Assembly: GCA_024413465.1 (NCBI GenBank)
Contig: JAKSVU010000001.1
Location: 90,934-154,933 of the forward strand
Source of the DNA: Alphaproteobacteria bacterium
GTDB lineage: Bacteria; Pseudomonadota; Alphaproteobacteria; CAAGCB01; CAG-977
Reading direction: 5' to 3'
DNA length: 64,000 bases
Shown here: positions 1-10,290 of the stretch, piece after piece
Layout: each line of letters starts with the position of its first letter
Numbering within the stretch: position 1 is the first letter of the stretch
Notes under the pieces: generated by a model
The model's database searches: none
Seen by the model: only the letters and a program-made list of their open reading frames with translations
What the model was told of the DNA's origin: nothing
Translations under genes and position numbers: made by a program

Positions 1-1
1 A

Positions 2-1879
2 GGGATTGCAGAAGTAAGGGATATATCTGATCGGCATGGAATTCGTATAGAAATAGAAGTGAAAAGAGATTTTCATCCAGAAATTGTTTTGAATCAATTA
101 TTTAAAAACACATCTTTACAAACAAGTTTTGGTTCAAATATTATTGCATTAAATGGTGGTAAGCCACAATTGATGAATTTGAAGGAGATTTTAGCAGCTT
201 TTATTGAATTTAGAGAGGAAGTAATTAGAAGAAGAACGATTTATGATTTAGCTCAAGCTCGCAAAAGAGCTCATAAATTGGCTGGGTTAGCAATTGTAAA
301 AGAGAATATTGAAGCAGTTGTTAATATGATTAGAACTTCTCAAGATAAGGTTGAAGCAAAACTTCGTTTGATGAATGAAAATTGGATTGCTGGTGAAGTT
401 GAACCGTTAATAGCTTTGATTGATGATCCAGAACATGAAGTTATAGATGGACATTATAAATTGTCAGATGTTCAAGCAGATGAAATTTTAAATTTACCTT
501 TGGGTAGATTGACAAATATGGAACGTCAAAAAATTCATGATGAGTTGACGGAGTTAGGTGGCCAAATTAAAGACTTTTTGGCAATATTGGCATCTCATGA
601 CCGTATTTATTCGATTATGCGTCAAGAGTTGGTGGATGTAAAAGAACGTTTCGCAACACCAAGAAAGACAGTTTTTGAAGAATTGGAATATGAGCAAGAT
701 ATTGAAGATTTGATTCAACGTGAGGATATGGTTGTAACTGTCACGAATACAGGATACATAAAGAGAGTTCCTTTATCAACATACAAAGCTCAAAAACGTG
801 GTGGTAAGGGTAGAGCAGGAATGAATACCCATGAAGAGGATTATGTTAATACTCTTTTTGTGGCTAATACACATACTCCAATATTATTCTTTTCTACCTA
901 TGGACTAGTTTATAAGCTTAAGGTGTATAAGCTTCCGTTAGGGACGCCTCAATCTACAGGAAAAGCTTTGGTTAATTTGTTGCCTCTAAAAGAAAGGGAA
1001 AAAATATCGACTATTATGCAATTACCTGAAGATGAAAATGAAGCTGCAAAATTGGGTGTTATGTTTGCAACAAAAACAGGTGGTGCTCGTCGAAATAAGT
1101 TGGCAGACTTTATTGATGTTCGAGCAAATGGAAAAATTGCTATGAAGTTAGATGAAGGAGATGTTTTGATTGATGTAAAAATTTGTACAGATGATCAAGA
1201 TATTCTTTTAGCTACAAAAAATGGTAAAAGTATTCGTTTTCCTGTTTCTGAAATAAGGGTATTTTCTGGCAGAAATTCAACAGGTGTTCGTGGAATTAAA
1301 TTAGCTAAAGATGATGAAGTTATTTCGATGTCTGTTTTGAAGCATGCTCAAGCTGATAGTGATAAACGTAATGCATATTTAAAAATGTCTAAATCTTTAA
1401 GAAAGGATATTGATGAAAATGATGTTGAAGATGTAGAAATTTTAAATGCAACGGTTTCTTTATCAAGTGAAGAATTTGAAAAAATGAAACAGGATGAGGA
1501 ATTTTTATTAACCGTAACTGATTCGGGATACGGAAAAAGAACTTCTGCATATGAATATCGTATTACAGGTCGAGGAGGGCAAGGGGTAACAAATATTGAT
1601 AACACAAAACGTCAAGATAAAGTTGTTGCAACATTCCCAGTTTCAGATAATGCGCAAGTAATGTTGGTAACAGATGCTGGTAAGCTGATTCGTATGCCAA
1701 TTAATGGAGTTCGTGTTGCTGGAAGAAATACTATGGGTGTTATTATGTTTAGATTAAATGATAATGAACGGGTAGTATCTGCAACTTGCATAGGGGACTT
1801 TGAAGAAGTTAGTGATGAAAGTGAAGATTTTCCTTCTTTAGAACAAGAAAGTGATTTGGAAAATTTGAAAAAAGAATAA
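2..1879 (+). CDS. gyrA: DNA gyrase subunit A, 5'-truncated by the window edge
   Basis: Frame is open from base 2 (GIAEVRDISDRHGIRIEIEVKRD...); GyrA box QKRGGKG; beta-pinwheel CTD repeats (GRNSTGVRGI, GRGGQGV). Confidence 0.97.
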   Translation, partial: GIAEVRDISDRHGIRIEIEVKRDFHPEIVLNQLFKNTSLQTSFGSNIIALNGGKPQLMNLKEILAAFIEFREEVIRRRTIYDLAQARKRAHKLAGLAIVKENIEAVVNMIRTSQDKVEAKLRLMNENWIAGEVEPLIALIDDPEHEVIDGHYKLSDVQADEILNLPLGRLTNMERQKIHDELTELGGQIKDFLAILASHDRIYSIMRQELVDVKERFATPRKTVFEELEYEQDIEDLIQREDMVVTVTNTGYIKRVPLSTYKAQKRGGKGRAGMNTHEEDYVNTLFVANTHTPILFFSTYGLVYKLKVYKLPLGTPQSTGKALVNLLPLKEREKISTIMQLPEDENEAAKLGVMFATKTGGARRNKLADFIDVRANGKIAMKLDEGDVLIDVKICTDDQDILLATKNGKSIRFPVSEIRVFSGRNSTGVRGIKLAKDDEVISMSVLKHAQADSDKRNAYLKMSKSLRKDIDENDVEDVEILNATVSLSSEEFEKMKQDEEFLLTVTDSGYGKRTSAYEYRITGRGGQGVTNIDNTKRQDKVVATFPVSDNAQVMLVTDAGKLIRMPINGVRVAGRNTMGVIMFRLNDNERVVSATCIGDFEEVSDESEDFPSLEQESDLENLKKE

Positions 1880-1891
1880 AGGATTTTTTTT

Positions 1892-2404
1892 ATGAAAAAT
1901 CGTATTGGTGTTTATCCTGGAACATTTGATCCAATTACGAATGGTCATTTGAATTTGATAGATCGTGCGGCAAATTTAGTTGATAAGTTAGTTATAGGGG
2001 TAGCTCTTAACGAACATAAGAAATCTCTTTTTTCTGTTGAAGAACGAATGCAAATGGTTGAAGAAGAGATTCAAAAATTCAAAACTAAAAAAGTTGAAAT
2101 TGTTGTAAAACCTCTGGTTGCAACTTTGCTTGTAAATTTCGCAAGGGAAAATAATGCAAATGTTATTTTTCGAGGGCTTCGTGCTGTTTCGGATTTTGAA
2201 TACGAATTTAAAATGTGTGTTATGAATCGTCGTTTGGAAGAAGATATAGAAACAGTTTTTTTGATGGCTTCGGAAAAACATCAATTTGTTGCATCTGAAT
2301 TTGTAAAAGAAATTTGCAAACTTGGTGGAGATATCTCGACTTTTGTTACTCCAAGAGTTGAAAAAAAACTGATTGATAGATTTAAAAAAATGGGAGAAAT
2401 ATGA
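1892..2404 (+). CDS. coaD: Phosphopantetheine adenylyltransferase
   Basis: YPGTFDPITNGH and RGLRAVSDFEYE motifs; follows gyrA as in alphaproteobacteria. Confidence 0.97.
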   Translation: MKNRIGVYPGTFDPITNGHLNLIDRAANLVDKLVIGVALNEHKKSLFSVEERMQMVEEEIQKFKTKKVEIVVKPLVATLLVNFARENNANVIFRGLRAVSDFEYEFKMCVMNRRLEEDIETVFLMASEKHQFVASEFVKEICKLGGDISTFVTPRVEKKLIDRFKKMGEI

Positions 2405-2865
2405 TTATGGTAAATGAAGTACTGTTAATGGAATTAAAAGATGGACTTGTCGAAATTGAATTACGTCCAGATTTGGCTCCTAATCATGTAAAAAGAATAA
2501 AAGAATTAGTTTCACAAGGTTTTTATAATGGTTTAAAATTTCATAGAGTAATAGAAGGTTTTATGGCACAAACTGGTGATCCTGATGGAACTGGATGTGG
2601 TGGTAGTGGTCAAATGATTCGTGCAGAATTTTCTAAAGAACCGCATGTTAGAGGAACATGTTCTATGGCAAGAGCCATGGATATTCATAGTGCGGATAGT
2701 CAATTTTTTATTTGTTTTGATAAGTGTCCTTGGTTAGATGGTCAATATACTGTTTGGGGAAAAGTTATTAAAGGGATGGAATTTGTTGATAAGATTAAAA
2801 AAGGAACGGGAGGAAATGGTGAAGTTTCTGATCCGGACGTAATTGTTTCTTTGAAATTAAAATAA
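2401..2865 (+). CDS. Cyclophilin-type peptidyl-prolyl cis-trans isomerase
   Basis: FHRVIEGFMAQTGDP, SMARA, SQFFI and LDGQYTVWG motifs; ATGA overlap with coaD. Confidence 0.95.
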   Translation: MIMVNEVLLMELKDGLVEIELRPDLAPNHVKRIKELVSQGFYNGLKFHRVIEGFMAQTGDPDGTGCGGSGQMIRAEFSKEPHVRGTCSMARAMDIHSADSQFFICFDKCPWLDGQYTVWGKVIKGMEFVDKIKKGTGGNGEVSDPDVIVSLKLK

Positions 2866-2895
2866 AAATCTTAATTATTTTTTACAATTTTTTTT

Positions 2896-2927
2896 ACAGC
2901 TCTGATTTTTTTAGAGCTGTTTTTTTT
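2896..2927 (+). terminator. Intrinsic terminator of gyrA-coaD-ppi
   Basis: ACAGCTCT/AGAGCTGT stem followed by a T run. Confidence 0.75.
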
Positions 2928-3016
2928 ATCTATATTGTATGTGTTTAATATTTGTATTAAAAAGTAATATTAAAGTATAAATAATAACACATTGTTATTA
3001 TTTGTAGTTTTTACAA

Positions 3017-3044
3017 AACTAACATAATATACATTATGCGACAA
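3017..3044 (-). other. dif: dif site (XerC/XerD chromosome dimer resolution site)
   Basis: Minus strand reads TTGTCGCATAA-TGTATA-TTATGTTAGTT versus E. coli dif GGTGCGCATAA-TGTATA-TTATGTTAAAT (22/28 identical, spacer identical); intergenic between convergent gene blocks. Confidence 0.9.
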
Positions 3045-3135
3045 TTTTATGTATAAAACCATGTTAAATAAAGAATTTTTATTTCTGTAAAGTCACTGTA
3101 AATATATTGTTATTTCAATTTGAAATATATAATAT

Positions 3136-3912
3136 CTAAGATATGATTATATCCATTCCATCATAACCTGGTTCAACATTTTCAGGTAGAATGCTTTTTA
3201 AATAATTATAATCCATTCCTGTAGCCATGTGTGTTAAAATTGTCTTTTTAGGTTTTAATATTGATACCCAATCTAGAACTTTTTTAAGATTTGCATGACT
3301 TGGATGATTTTGGATAGATAAACATCCAACTATAAAATATTCAATCCCCTTTAATATAGAGAAAGAAGAATCAAAAAAATTAACAACGTCTGTGCAATAG
3401 GCAAAATTATTAATTCTAAAACCTAAAGTTGTAGTCCATTCGTGATCTTGGTTAAATGGAATTATTTTGATTTTGTTAATTTCAAATGGATTACCTGGAA
3501 TGATTAAATTAGGTTCAAGCCATGGATGAAAAAATGGTTCATTTAAAATATCTATTGGTTTGAATGCATAATCAAAACGTTTTTTTAATGTTGATAAAGT
3601 TTTTTTATTTGCATAAATAGGGATTTCTTTTTTCATAAATCTATTTATTTCTCGTAGTTCATCTATTCCATGAGTATGGTCAGCATGTTCATGTGTAAAA
3701 AGAATTGCATCAAGTTTTCTTATATTTGAGTTAAGAAGTTGCTCTCGAATATCTGGGCCAGCATCAATTAAAATATTGGTATCATCTATTTGTAAAATTA
3801 TAGATGTTCTTGATCGTTTATTTTTAATGTTGTGAGGATCACAATCACCCCACCCTTTACTAATGGAGGGAACTCCCCCAGCAGCTCCACATCCTAAAAT
3901 TTTTACTAACAT
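3136..3912 (-). CDS. Metallo-beta-lactamase-fold hydrolase (PhnP-like phosphodiesterase)
   Basis: LGCGAAGGVP, THEHADHTHG (HxHxDH); standard position downstream of tatD. Confidence 0.9.
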   Translation of the reverse strand: MLVKILGCGAAGGVPSISKGWGDCDPHNIKNKRSRTSIILQIDDTNILIDAGPDIREQLLNSNIRKLDAILFTHEHADHTHGIDELREINRFMKKEIPIYANKKTLSTLKKRFDYAFKPIDILNEPFFHPWLEPNLIIPGNPFEINKIKIIPFNQDHEWTTTLGFRINNFAYCTDVVNFFDSSFSILKGIEYFIVGCLSIQNHPSHANLKKVLDWVSILKPKKTILTHMATGMDYNYLKSILPENVEPGYDGMDIIIS

Positions 3913-4685
3913 ATTTTTTTTGCCTTAGTAAATAGATTATAAAAATTTGTTGTTGTAACATTTGATATATCTTGGACACTTATTTGTTTTATTTCTGCAA
4001 GTTTTTCAGCAGTTTTTACTAAAAAAGAAGGTTCATTTTTTTTTCCTCTGTATGGTGTTGGAGCTAAATAAGGGGAATCTGTTTCTATTAAAATTCTATC
4101 TAAAGGAATTTTTTTAAAAGCAGTTCTAACTTCTTCAGCTTTATTAAATGTAATTATTCCAGATGCTGAAAAATAAAAATCATTTTCAAGACCATAATTT
4201 AATAAATTTTCATCAGAAGAAAAACAGTGTAACAGTATTTTTTTATTTTCTTTATGTTTTGATAAAATGTCAATAGTGTCTAATTCTGCAGATCTTGTAT
4301 GAATTGAAACAGGTAAATTTAATTTTGAGGCAGCAATTAAATGTTGTTCAAATAAGTATTTTTGTTTATTTTTGTTAAATCCAGGATAATAATAATCTAA
4401 ACCTGTTTCTCCAATAGCTATAGTTTTATCCAAGAATTTATTTACATATTGAATAAGTTCGTCAGATGTTTTTTGTGAAATTTCTGCATATTCAGGGTGA
4501 ATTCCTATAGATATATATATATTATCAAAACGTTTTGCTATTTGATAATTCTTTTCAAAATCATCAATTTGAGTTGATATTGTTACGAAAGATAAAACAT
4601 TTTGATCTTTAGCAGAAGAAATAATTTTTTCTATTTCATTTTGATCGAAACTTAATAAATGACAATGACTATCAATAAAAAACAT
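3906..4685 (-). CDS. tatD: TatD-family DNase
   Basis: DSHCHL, IGETGLDY, HTR, HCFS and ETDSPYL motifs. Confidence 0.95.
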   Translation of the reverse strand: MFFIDSHCHLLSFDQNEIEKIISSAKDQNVLSFVTISTQIDDFEKNYQIAKRFDNIYISIGIHPEYAEISQKTSDELIQYVNKFLDKTIAIGETGLDYYYPGFNKNKQKYLFEQHLIAASKLNLPVSIHTRSAELDTIDILSKHKENKKILLHCFSSDENLLNYGLENDFYFSASGIITFNKAEEVRTAFKKIPLDRILIETDSPYLAPTPYRGKKNEPSFLVKTAEKLAEIKQISVQDISNVTTTNFYNLFTKAKKIC

Positions 4686-4699
4686 AACTTTTTGAAATC

Positions 4700-5800
4700 C
4701 TAGAAAAACTTTAATAAATTATTTATACAAATCTGTTTTTGATCTAAGTCAATATCTAAGAATTCATTTGATATTTCTGAAATCATAGGTATTAAATCAT
4801 AGGGTGTAGTCTTTTTACTTAAATTGTCAAAGACGAGATGTTCACCTTCCGTTACTTCAAGATAGGAATTTTTATCTGTAATGTAAATTAATAAATTTGA
4901 TACAAAATGATAGAATAATTTTTTAAAAACATTTAAAACTTTTTTATCTTTAGAATATTTTTCAATTGAATTTATTGCATCAAGTGTAGATTTCCTTAAA
5001 ATAGAATCTATTATTTGCTGATAAATTTCAATGCCTCCTAACCTATTTAATTCAATTGCATTTCCAATACTTCCCTCCGATAGCAATGCTAAACTACGTA
5101 GGTAATTTTCTTTTTTTTCATAAAAATTTTCTTTTAGAAAAATCAGTTCATTATCATAACTTAATGGATGAAAATTTATTATTCTACATCTTGATTTTAT
5201 TGTAGAGAGTAATTTTCCTATATTATGTGAAATTAAAATGATAATAATATTCCTAGGAGGTTCTTCTAAAGATTTTAATAAAGCATTAGAAGCTTGAGAA
5301 TTCATATCATCTGCACTATCAATAATTAAAATTCTTTTTTTATTCCCATCCAATGTCATATGCAAGAAACTATCTATATTTCTAATATCATCGATTCTAA
5401 TTTCTTCGTATTTTTCTCTATTGTTTTCAATAATTGGATCTAATTTTTCACCTTTAGATATAAGTTCATCTCGTTCTTTTTGTTCTTTTGGTTTTAAAGC
5501 TTTTTCAATGATTTTTATTCTAGGATTGCTCTTTTGGATTAGACTCAGAACCTCTTTATTGTTAGGATCTGTTTTAAGGTTCGTTGTATTTTTTAAGTCA
5601 ACACTGCCTATATTATAGGATACAATAAATTTAGATAAACGATATGCAAAAGTTGCTTTTCCAATTCCTTTTGGACCTGAAAATATCCAAGAACCATCAA
5701 TTTGATTCTTTTTTATTAAATTCAAAAAAAAATGCTCAATATCTTCGTGTCCGATAAGTTCAGATTGTTCTTCAGGAAATTTATTTAATTGAAAAGCCAT
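4700..5800 (-). CDS. holB: DNA polymerase III subunit delta'
   Basis: GPKGIGKAT, NALLKSLEEPP, TIKSRC; downstream of tmk. Confidence 0.9.
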   Translation of the reverse strand: MAFQLNKFPEEQSELIGHEDIEHFFLNLIKKNQIDGSWIFSGPKGIGKATFAYRLSKFIVSYNIGSVDLKNTTNLKTDPNNKEVLSLIQKSNPRIKIIEKALKPKEQKERDELISKGEKLDPIIENNREKYEEIRIDDIRNIDSFLHMTLDGNKKRILIIDSADDMNSQASNALLKSLEEPPRNIIIILISHNIGKLLSTIKSRCRIINFHPLSYDNELIFLKENFYEKKENYLRSLALLSEGSIGNAIELNRLGGIEIYQQIIDSILRKSTLDAINSIEKYSKDKKVLNVFKKLFYHFVSNLLIYITDKNSYLEVTEGEHLVFDNLSKKTTPYDLIPMISEISNEFLDIDLDQKQICINNLLKFF

Positions 5801-6444
5801 TATTTTGATAACAATTTTAATTCTATTATATTACAAATTTCATTGTGAATATCATCTATCGATTTTGATGCATCAATGACAACACATCTTTCTTTATTAT
5901 TTTTTGCAATATCTAAAAAAGCCAAACGCAATTTTTTATGGAATTCAATATCCATACATTCGTATCTATTTATACTATCAATATCTCTTTTTTTTATACG
6001 ATGTAAACTTTCTTCGACTGAAAGATCCATTATAAATGTCAAATGAGGGGTAAAATTTCCTAAAACAATTTTATATAAATCTTCAACTTTTTTTACTCCA
6101 AGTCCTGTTTTCCCATATGCAATTCCTTGATAAGCCATTGTAGAATCTGCAAAACGGTCACAAAGAACAGATATTCCATTATCAAGGTTTGGTTTTATCT
6201 TTCTTATAAAGTGATCTCGTCTTGCTGCAAACATTAAAAGCGCCTCTGAAGTTGCATCCCAACTGTCCACTTTCCCCTTTAGCACAATGTTCCTGATTAA
6301 CTCAGCGTTTTCTGTTCCACCAGGTTCTCTTGTGATGATATTTTTATACATTTTTTTTTCAAGGTAATCAGAGAGTATTTTTATCTGAGTAGATTTTCCA
6401 ACACCCTCTCCTCCTTCGAAAGTTATAAAAAAAGATTTTCCCAT
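5800..6444 (-). CDS. tmk: Thymidylate kinase
   Basis: FEGGEGVGKST, TREPGGT, CDRFADSTMAYQG. Confidence 0.97.
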   Translation of the reverse strand: MGKSFFITFEGGEGVGKSTQIKILSDYLEKKMYKNIITREPGGTENAELIRNIVLKGKVDSWDATSEALLMFAARRDHFIRKIKPNLDNGISVLCDRFADSTMAYQGIAYGKTGLGVKKVEDLYKIVLGNFTPHLTFIMDLSVEESLHRIKKRDIDSINRYECMDIEFHKKLRLAFLDIAKNNKERCVVIDASKSIDDIHNEICNIIELKLLSK

Positions 6445-6451
6445 ATAAAAC

Positions 6452-7612
6452 CTATTTAAAAATCTGTATAATGAAATTTTTCAAAACTTCTTTTAATTGT
6501 CCTAATTTCCCAATTTTTTTTATGTTTTCTGCAGCATAAATAGGAAGTTCTTGTTGAACTTTATCATCAAGCATCACCTGAATAGCTCCCACTTGAGTGC
6601 CTATTTTTAAAGGAGCTTTTACTGGTTTTTTATATTTTATAACAGCAGAAATTCCTTTCTGTTTTCCTCTTTCTAACGTAATTACGATGTTTTCTTTTGT
6701 TTGAACTGCAACATTTTTCTTTTCTCCGAACCAAACAGGAATGGTTGTAATTTTCTTACCTGCTTCAATTATTGTGTAATTATCAAAGTTTCTAAAGCCC
6801 CAGTTCATAATCTTTTGAGATTCTTCACTACGTTCTCTCATGGATTGTAATCCATTTACAACCATAATTAATCTTCGATTATCTTTTTTTGCAGAACCAA
6901 CTAAACCAAACCCTGAAACGCTAGTGTGTCCTGTTTTCATACCATCTGCAATATCAGGCATACTAATTAACAGTGGATTCCTATTTTGTTGAACAATATT
7001 GTTATATTTAAATTCTTGTTCAGAATATATGCTATAATATTCTGGAAAGTCCATAATTATTCTATATGCCAATTTAGCTAAATCTTTAGCCGACATTTTC
7101 TGATTTGGATCAGGCCATCCTGTTGCATTTGCAAATTTTGAATGAGTAAGACCTAATTCCTCCGCTTTTTGATTAGCAAGTTTTGCAAAATTTTCTTCAC
7201 TTCCAGCGATATTTTCTGCTGCAACAATGCAAGCATCATTACCAGAAACAACAATAATTCCACGAAGTAAATCACGCACTTTTACTTTTTGATTGGGTTC
7301 TAATGCCATTGTAGAACTACCCGACTTGAATCCTCCCTTCTGCCAAGCATTTTTGCTAACAGTAAATTTTTCATCAAGTGATAAACTGCCATTTTTCAAT
7401 CTTTCAAAAACAAGATAAGCTGTCATTAATTTACTCATAGATGCTGGAGGCATTTCAACATCTGCGTTTTTCTCGTAAAAAAATTGCCCTGTTTCAAAAT
7501 CCATTAAAATAGCATTTTTTGCTTTTGTTTCTAAAGCGCTAGCAGAATGTACTGATAGCAAAGATAAACAAAAAAGAGGTGTAAAAATTATACTTTTATT
7601 CAAATTTTTCAT
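6452..7612 (-). CDS. dacC: D-alanyl-D-alanine carboxypeptidase (PBP5/6 family)
   Basis: Signal peptide; SMSK, SGN and KTG catalytic motifs; PBP5 C-terminal domain. Confidence 0.93.
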   Translation of the reverse strand: MKNLNKSIIFTPLFCLSLLSVHSASALETKAKNAILMDFETGQFFYEKNADVEMPPASMSKLMTAYLVFERLKNGSLSLDEKFTVSKNAWQKGGFKSGSSTMALEPNQKVKVRDLLRGIIVVSGNDACIVAAENIAGSEENFAKLANQKAEELGLTHSKFANATGWPDPNQKMSAKDLAKLAYRIIMDFPEYYSIYSEQEFKYNNIVQQNRNPLLISMPDIADGMKTGHTSVSGFGLVGSAKKDNRRLIMVVNGLQSMRERSEESQKIMNWGFRNFDNYTIIEAGKKITTIPVWFGEKKNVAVQTKENIVITLERGKQKGISAVIKYKKPVKAPLKIGTQVGAIQVMLDDKVQQELPIYAAENIKKIGKLGQLKEVLKNFIIQIFK

Positions 7613-7636
7613 AATTTATTCCTTGCTACTTATATT

Positions 7637-8716
7637 TTATTTTGAAGATTTTTCTTCTACTAATCTTGCATCAGAAAATTCAGTTTCTTTTTTCACATTA
7701 TCGATAATATTCAAAGCTTCTTTTGCATTTGTAGGACCTAAACGAACGCGATATAATTTCTTGTTGTTTACCGTAATTGGGATAATGATAGTTGAACCAT
7801 ATTTTGAAACTTTTCTACGAACATTCTCTGCTTTATCTTCATTTCCAAAAGCCCCAACTTGAACATAATAACCAGGCTTTAATTCAAGTTTCTGTTTATT
7901 TGCACTTGCTGTAACAGAATTTCCACCTTGTGTTTTCTTTGAAACAACAATCTTTTTCTCTGTTGTTTTTTGTTTTTGAATAATACTCTGTTCTACTTTT
8001 GGTTGTTCATCTTTGTCCCAATCGTTATATTTATTAACCTCTTTTTTTGTTTCGGTTGAGTTTACTAAAGGAACATTCATAGAATCATCCGAATTATCAG
8101 ATATTATTTTTTCATCAATATTTTTTACATGAATATTCTGAGGAGAGTTTAAAACTTTTTTCTCGAGATCAAATAAATCATTTTTATTAGAAGTTTCGGA
8201 TAAAAGTTCTTCTTTTAGTTGTTTGCTTTCATTTGCCAAAATTTCAACTTTAACCTGTGTTGTTCCTTGTTCTTCAAAACCTAATAGCTGAGCTGCATAT
8301 TTTGAAACGGAAATAATTTTATCATTAGAAAAAGGACCACGATCATTTACCCTTAAATTTAAGGTTCTTCCATTCTGTAAATTTGTCACGCGAACCATAC
8401 TAGGTAATGGTAATGTTTTATGAGCAGCTGTTGCTGCATGTGAACTATAATATTCACCATTAGCAGTGATACTGTTGTGAAAATCAGCGTCATACCACGA
8501 AGCCACTCCCGTTTCTTGGTATGAATAATCTTCCTTCGGAGTATAAAATGTTCCTTCAATGGAATATGGTGCTTCAACCTTATAATATCCAACATTCTTC
8601 GATGAAGATTGTTGTGGAGTTAAGTTGGGGTTTGATGAATAAACAATTGCACTATCAGAACATCCAACAATTGGTAAAATTGAAGTAAATAAAAATAATC
8701 TAAATGTCTTTCTCAT
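7637..8716 (-). CDS. rlpA: Septal ring lytic transglycosylase RlpA
   Basis: Lipobox IVGC; GVASWY, AAHKTLPLPS, RVNDRGPF; C-terminal SPOR domain (YYVQVGAF). Confidence 0.93.
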   Translation of the reverse strand: MRKTFRLFLFTSILPIVGCSDSAIVYSSNPNLTPQQSSSKNVGYYKVEAPYSIEGTFYTPKEDYSYQETGVASWYDADFHNSITANGEYYSSHAATAAHKTLPLPSMVRVTNLQNGRTLNLRVNDRGPFSNDKIISVSKYAAQLLGFEEQGTTQVKVEILANESKQLKEELLSETSNKNDLFDLEKKVLNSPQNIHVKNIDEKIISDNSDDSMNVPLVNSTETKKEVNKYNDWDKDEQPKVEQSIIQKQKTTEKKIVVSKKTQGGNSVTASANKQKLELKPGYYVQVGAFGNEDKAENVRRKVSKYGSTIIIPITVNNKKLYRVRLGPTNAKEALNIIDNVKKETEFSDARLVEEKSSK

Positions 8717-8847
8717 AAAGAACCTCTCTACTTCCCTAAGAATAAACTAATATACATATAACAATCAAGTAAGATAGTTTATTTTTTTTTTATAATTTTT
8801 AATTTTTTTTTAAACATTTTTACAATTGAATCGATTCAATTGATATT

Positions 8848-10290
8848 TTAAATTTTTTCTAAATTTCGATTAGACTGCATTTCAATTTTTATGAGCAATA
8901 ATCTATCAAATTTTGGCCAAGAAATACCATAACTTTTTTTAAATTTTTCTATAGCTTTCTTTGTGTTTTTTCCTAGTGTTCCATCAATTTTTCCAGTGTA
9001 ATATTTTCCTTTTTTTAAAATTTTTTGTAAATTTTTCACATCTGTTTTTGATAGTTTTATATTAAGCGGATTATTTTCTGAAACGATTTTCATAAATTCC
9101 AAAAGCGCCTTAGTTGCATATCCATCTGTTGGAAGATCATAAATTTGTTGAAAATTACGGATAGCTTCTCTACTTTTCTTTCCAAGAACACCATCACATT
9201 TATCTGAATATAATGAAAATTTTTCTAATAACCTTTGAATTTCAAAGGCTTCCTTAGAAGATAAATCAACGTTTTTCTTTTCGTATTTTTTTCTGATGGA
9301 TGTTCCTCCTTGAATCCTATCTGCAAGATGTCCAACTGCAATTGCATAATTTATGGAATTGTTCCATTTTAAAATTACATCAAAATTAGAAAATGTTAAA
9401 AAAGCTGGCCCTTGAATCCCTGTTGGTAAATATAATTTTGCAAACATTCTCTGTTGAATATTTTTATTGAAATCAATAATAACAATTCCCTCTTCAATCC
9501 ATTCATGAATTGTTTTTATTTGTTCGACATTATTCCAATTAAATTTTTTTGGCAAAAAGACTTCCATTCCCCAAGGTAATGAATGCTTCCATCCTTCTGA
9601 TTTTAAATAATTTGCAGCAGATGTTATTGCATCTGGAAAACTTTCCCATAAATCTTTCTCTCCATCAAAATCTGCGTCAATAGCATAATTTAAATATGTC
9701 GAAGGCATAAATTGAAAGTTTCCAAAAGCTCCGGCCCAAGACCCTTTCATTTTATTTTCTGAAACTCCAGATTGAATCATTTTTAATGCAGAAACAAGTT
9801 CATTTCCAAAAAAAGAAGACCTTCTTGGATCAAATGCCAAAGTAGTTAGAGAATCTAGAATAGGGATATCGCCTTTTGCATTTCCGAAATTAGTTTCCAT
9901 GGCCCAAAAGGCAATTAAAATCTCTGGTTGCACACCATATTCTTTTTCAATTTTTGATAAAATATGGTGATATTTTTTTTTGTAAAACTGTGCTTTTTTT
10001 ATTCTTTGATTGGTAATAGAATTATCTATGTACGATTGAATATCTTTTCGAAATTCTGGTTGATGTTTATCTGCACTTATAACACTTTTTAAAATATGTC
10101 TGGTAAACATTGTCTTATCAAGAGTTTGTATAGATATGGATTTTCTTAAAGCTGTTCTCCTAAATTCTTCATTCCAATCATTATAATTAGTATACAAAAC
10201 ATCCGCATTTGTTGTTGAAAAACAAAAAAAATAAATGAATATATAAAAAATGACAGAAATTTTATAACGCTTAAAAAACATATATTTCAC
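8848..10290 (-). CDS. mltB: Lytic murein transglycosylase (MltB family) with two C-terminal peptidoglycan-binding domains
   Basis: WAMETNFG, GSWAGAFGNFQFMPS; two DG.LGK.. PG-binding repeats. Confidence 0.9.
   Translation of the reverse strand: MKYMFFKRYKISVIFYIFIYFFCFSTTNADVLYTNYNDWNEEFRRTALRKSISIQTLDKTMFTRHILKSVISADKHQPEFRKDIQSYIDNSITNQRIKKAQFYKKKYHHILSKIEKEYGVQPEILIAFWAMETNFGNAKGDIPILDSLTTLAFDPRRSSFFGNELVSALKMIQSGVSENKMKGSWAGAFGNFQFMPSTYLNYAIDADFDGEKDLWESFPDAITSAANYLKSEGWKHSLPWGMEVFLPKKFNWNNVEQIKTIHEWIEEGIVIIDFNKNIQQRMFAKLYLPTGIQGPAFLTFSNFDVILKWNNSINYAIAVGHLADRIQGGTSIRKKYEKKNVDLSSKEAFEIQRLLEKFSLYSDKCDGVLGKKSREAIRNFQQIYDLPTDGYATKALLEFMKIVSENNPLNIKLSKTDVKNLQKILKKGKYYTGKIDGTLGKNTKKAIEKFKKSYGISWPKFDRLLLIKIEMQSNRNLEKI

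Noticed and set aside
1370-1500. Acidic insertion in the GyrA CTD as an intein or novel domain
   Set aside because: Short, lacks intein motifs, and similar insertions are usual in alphaproteobacterial GyrA
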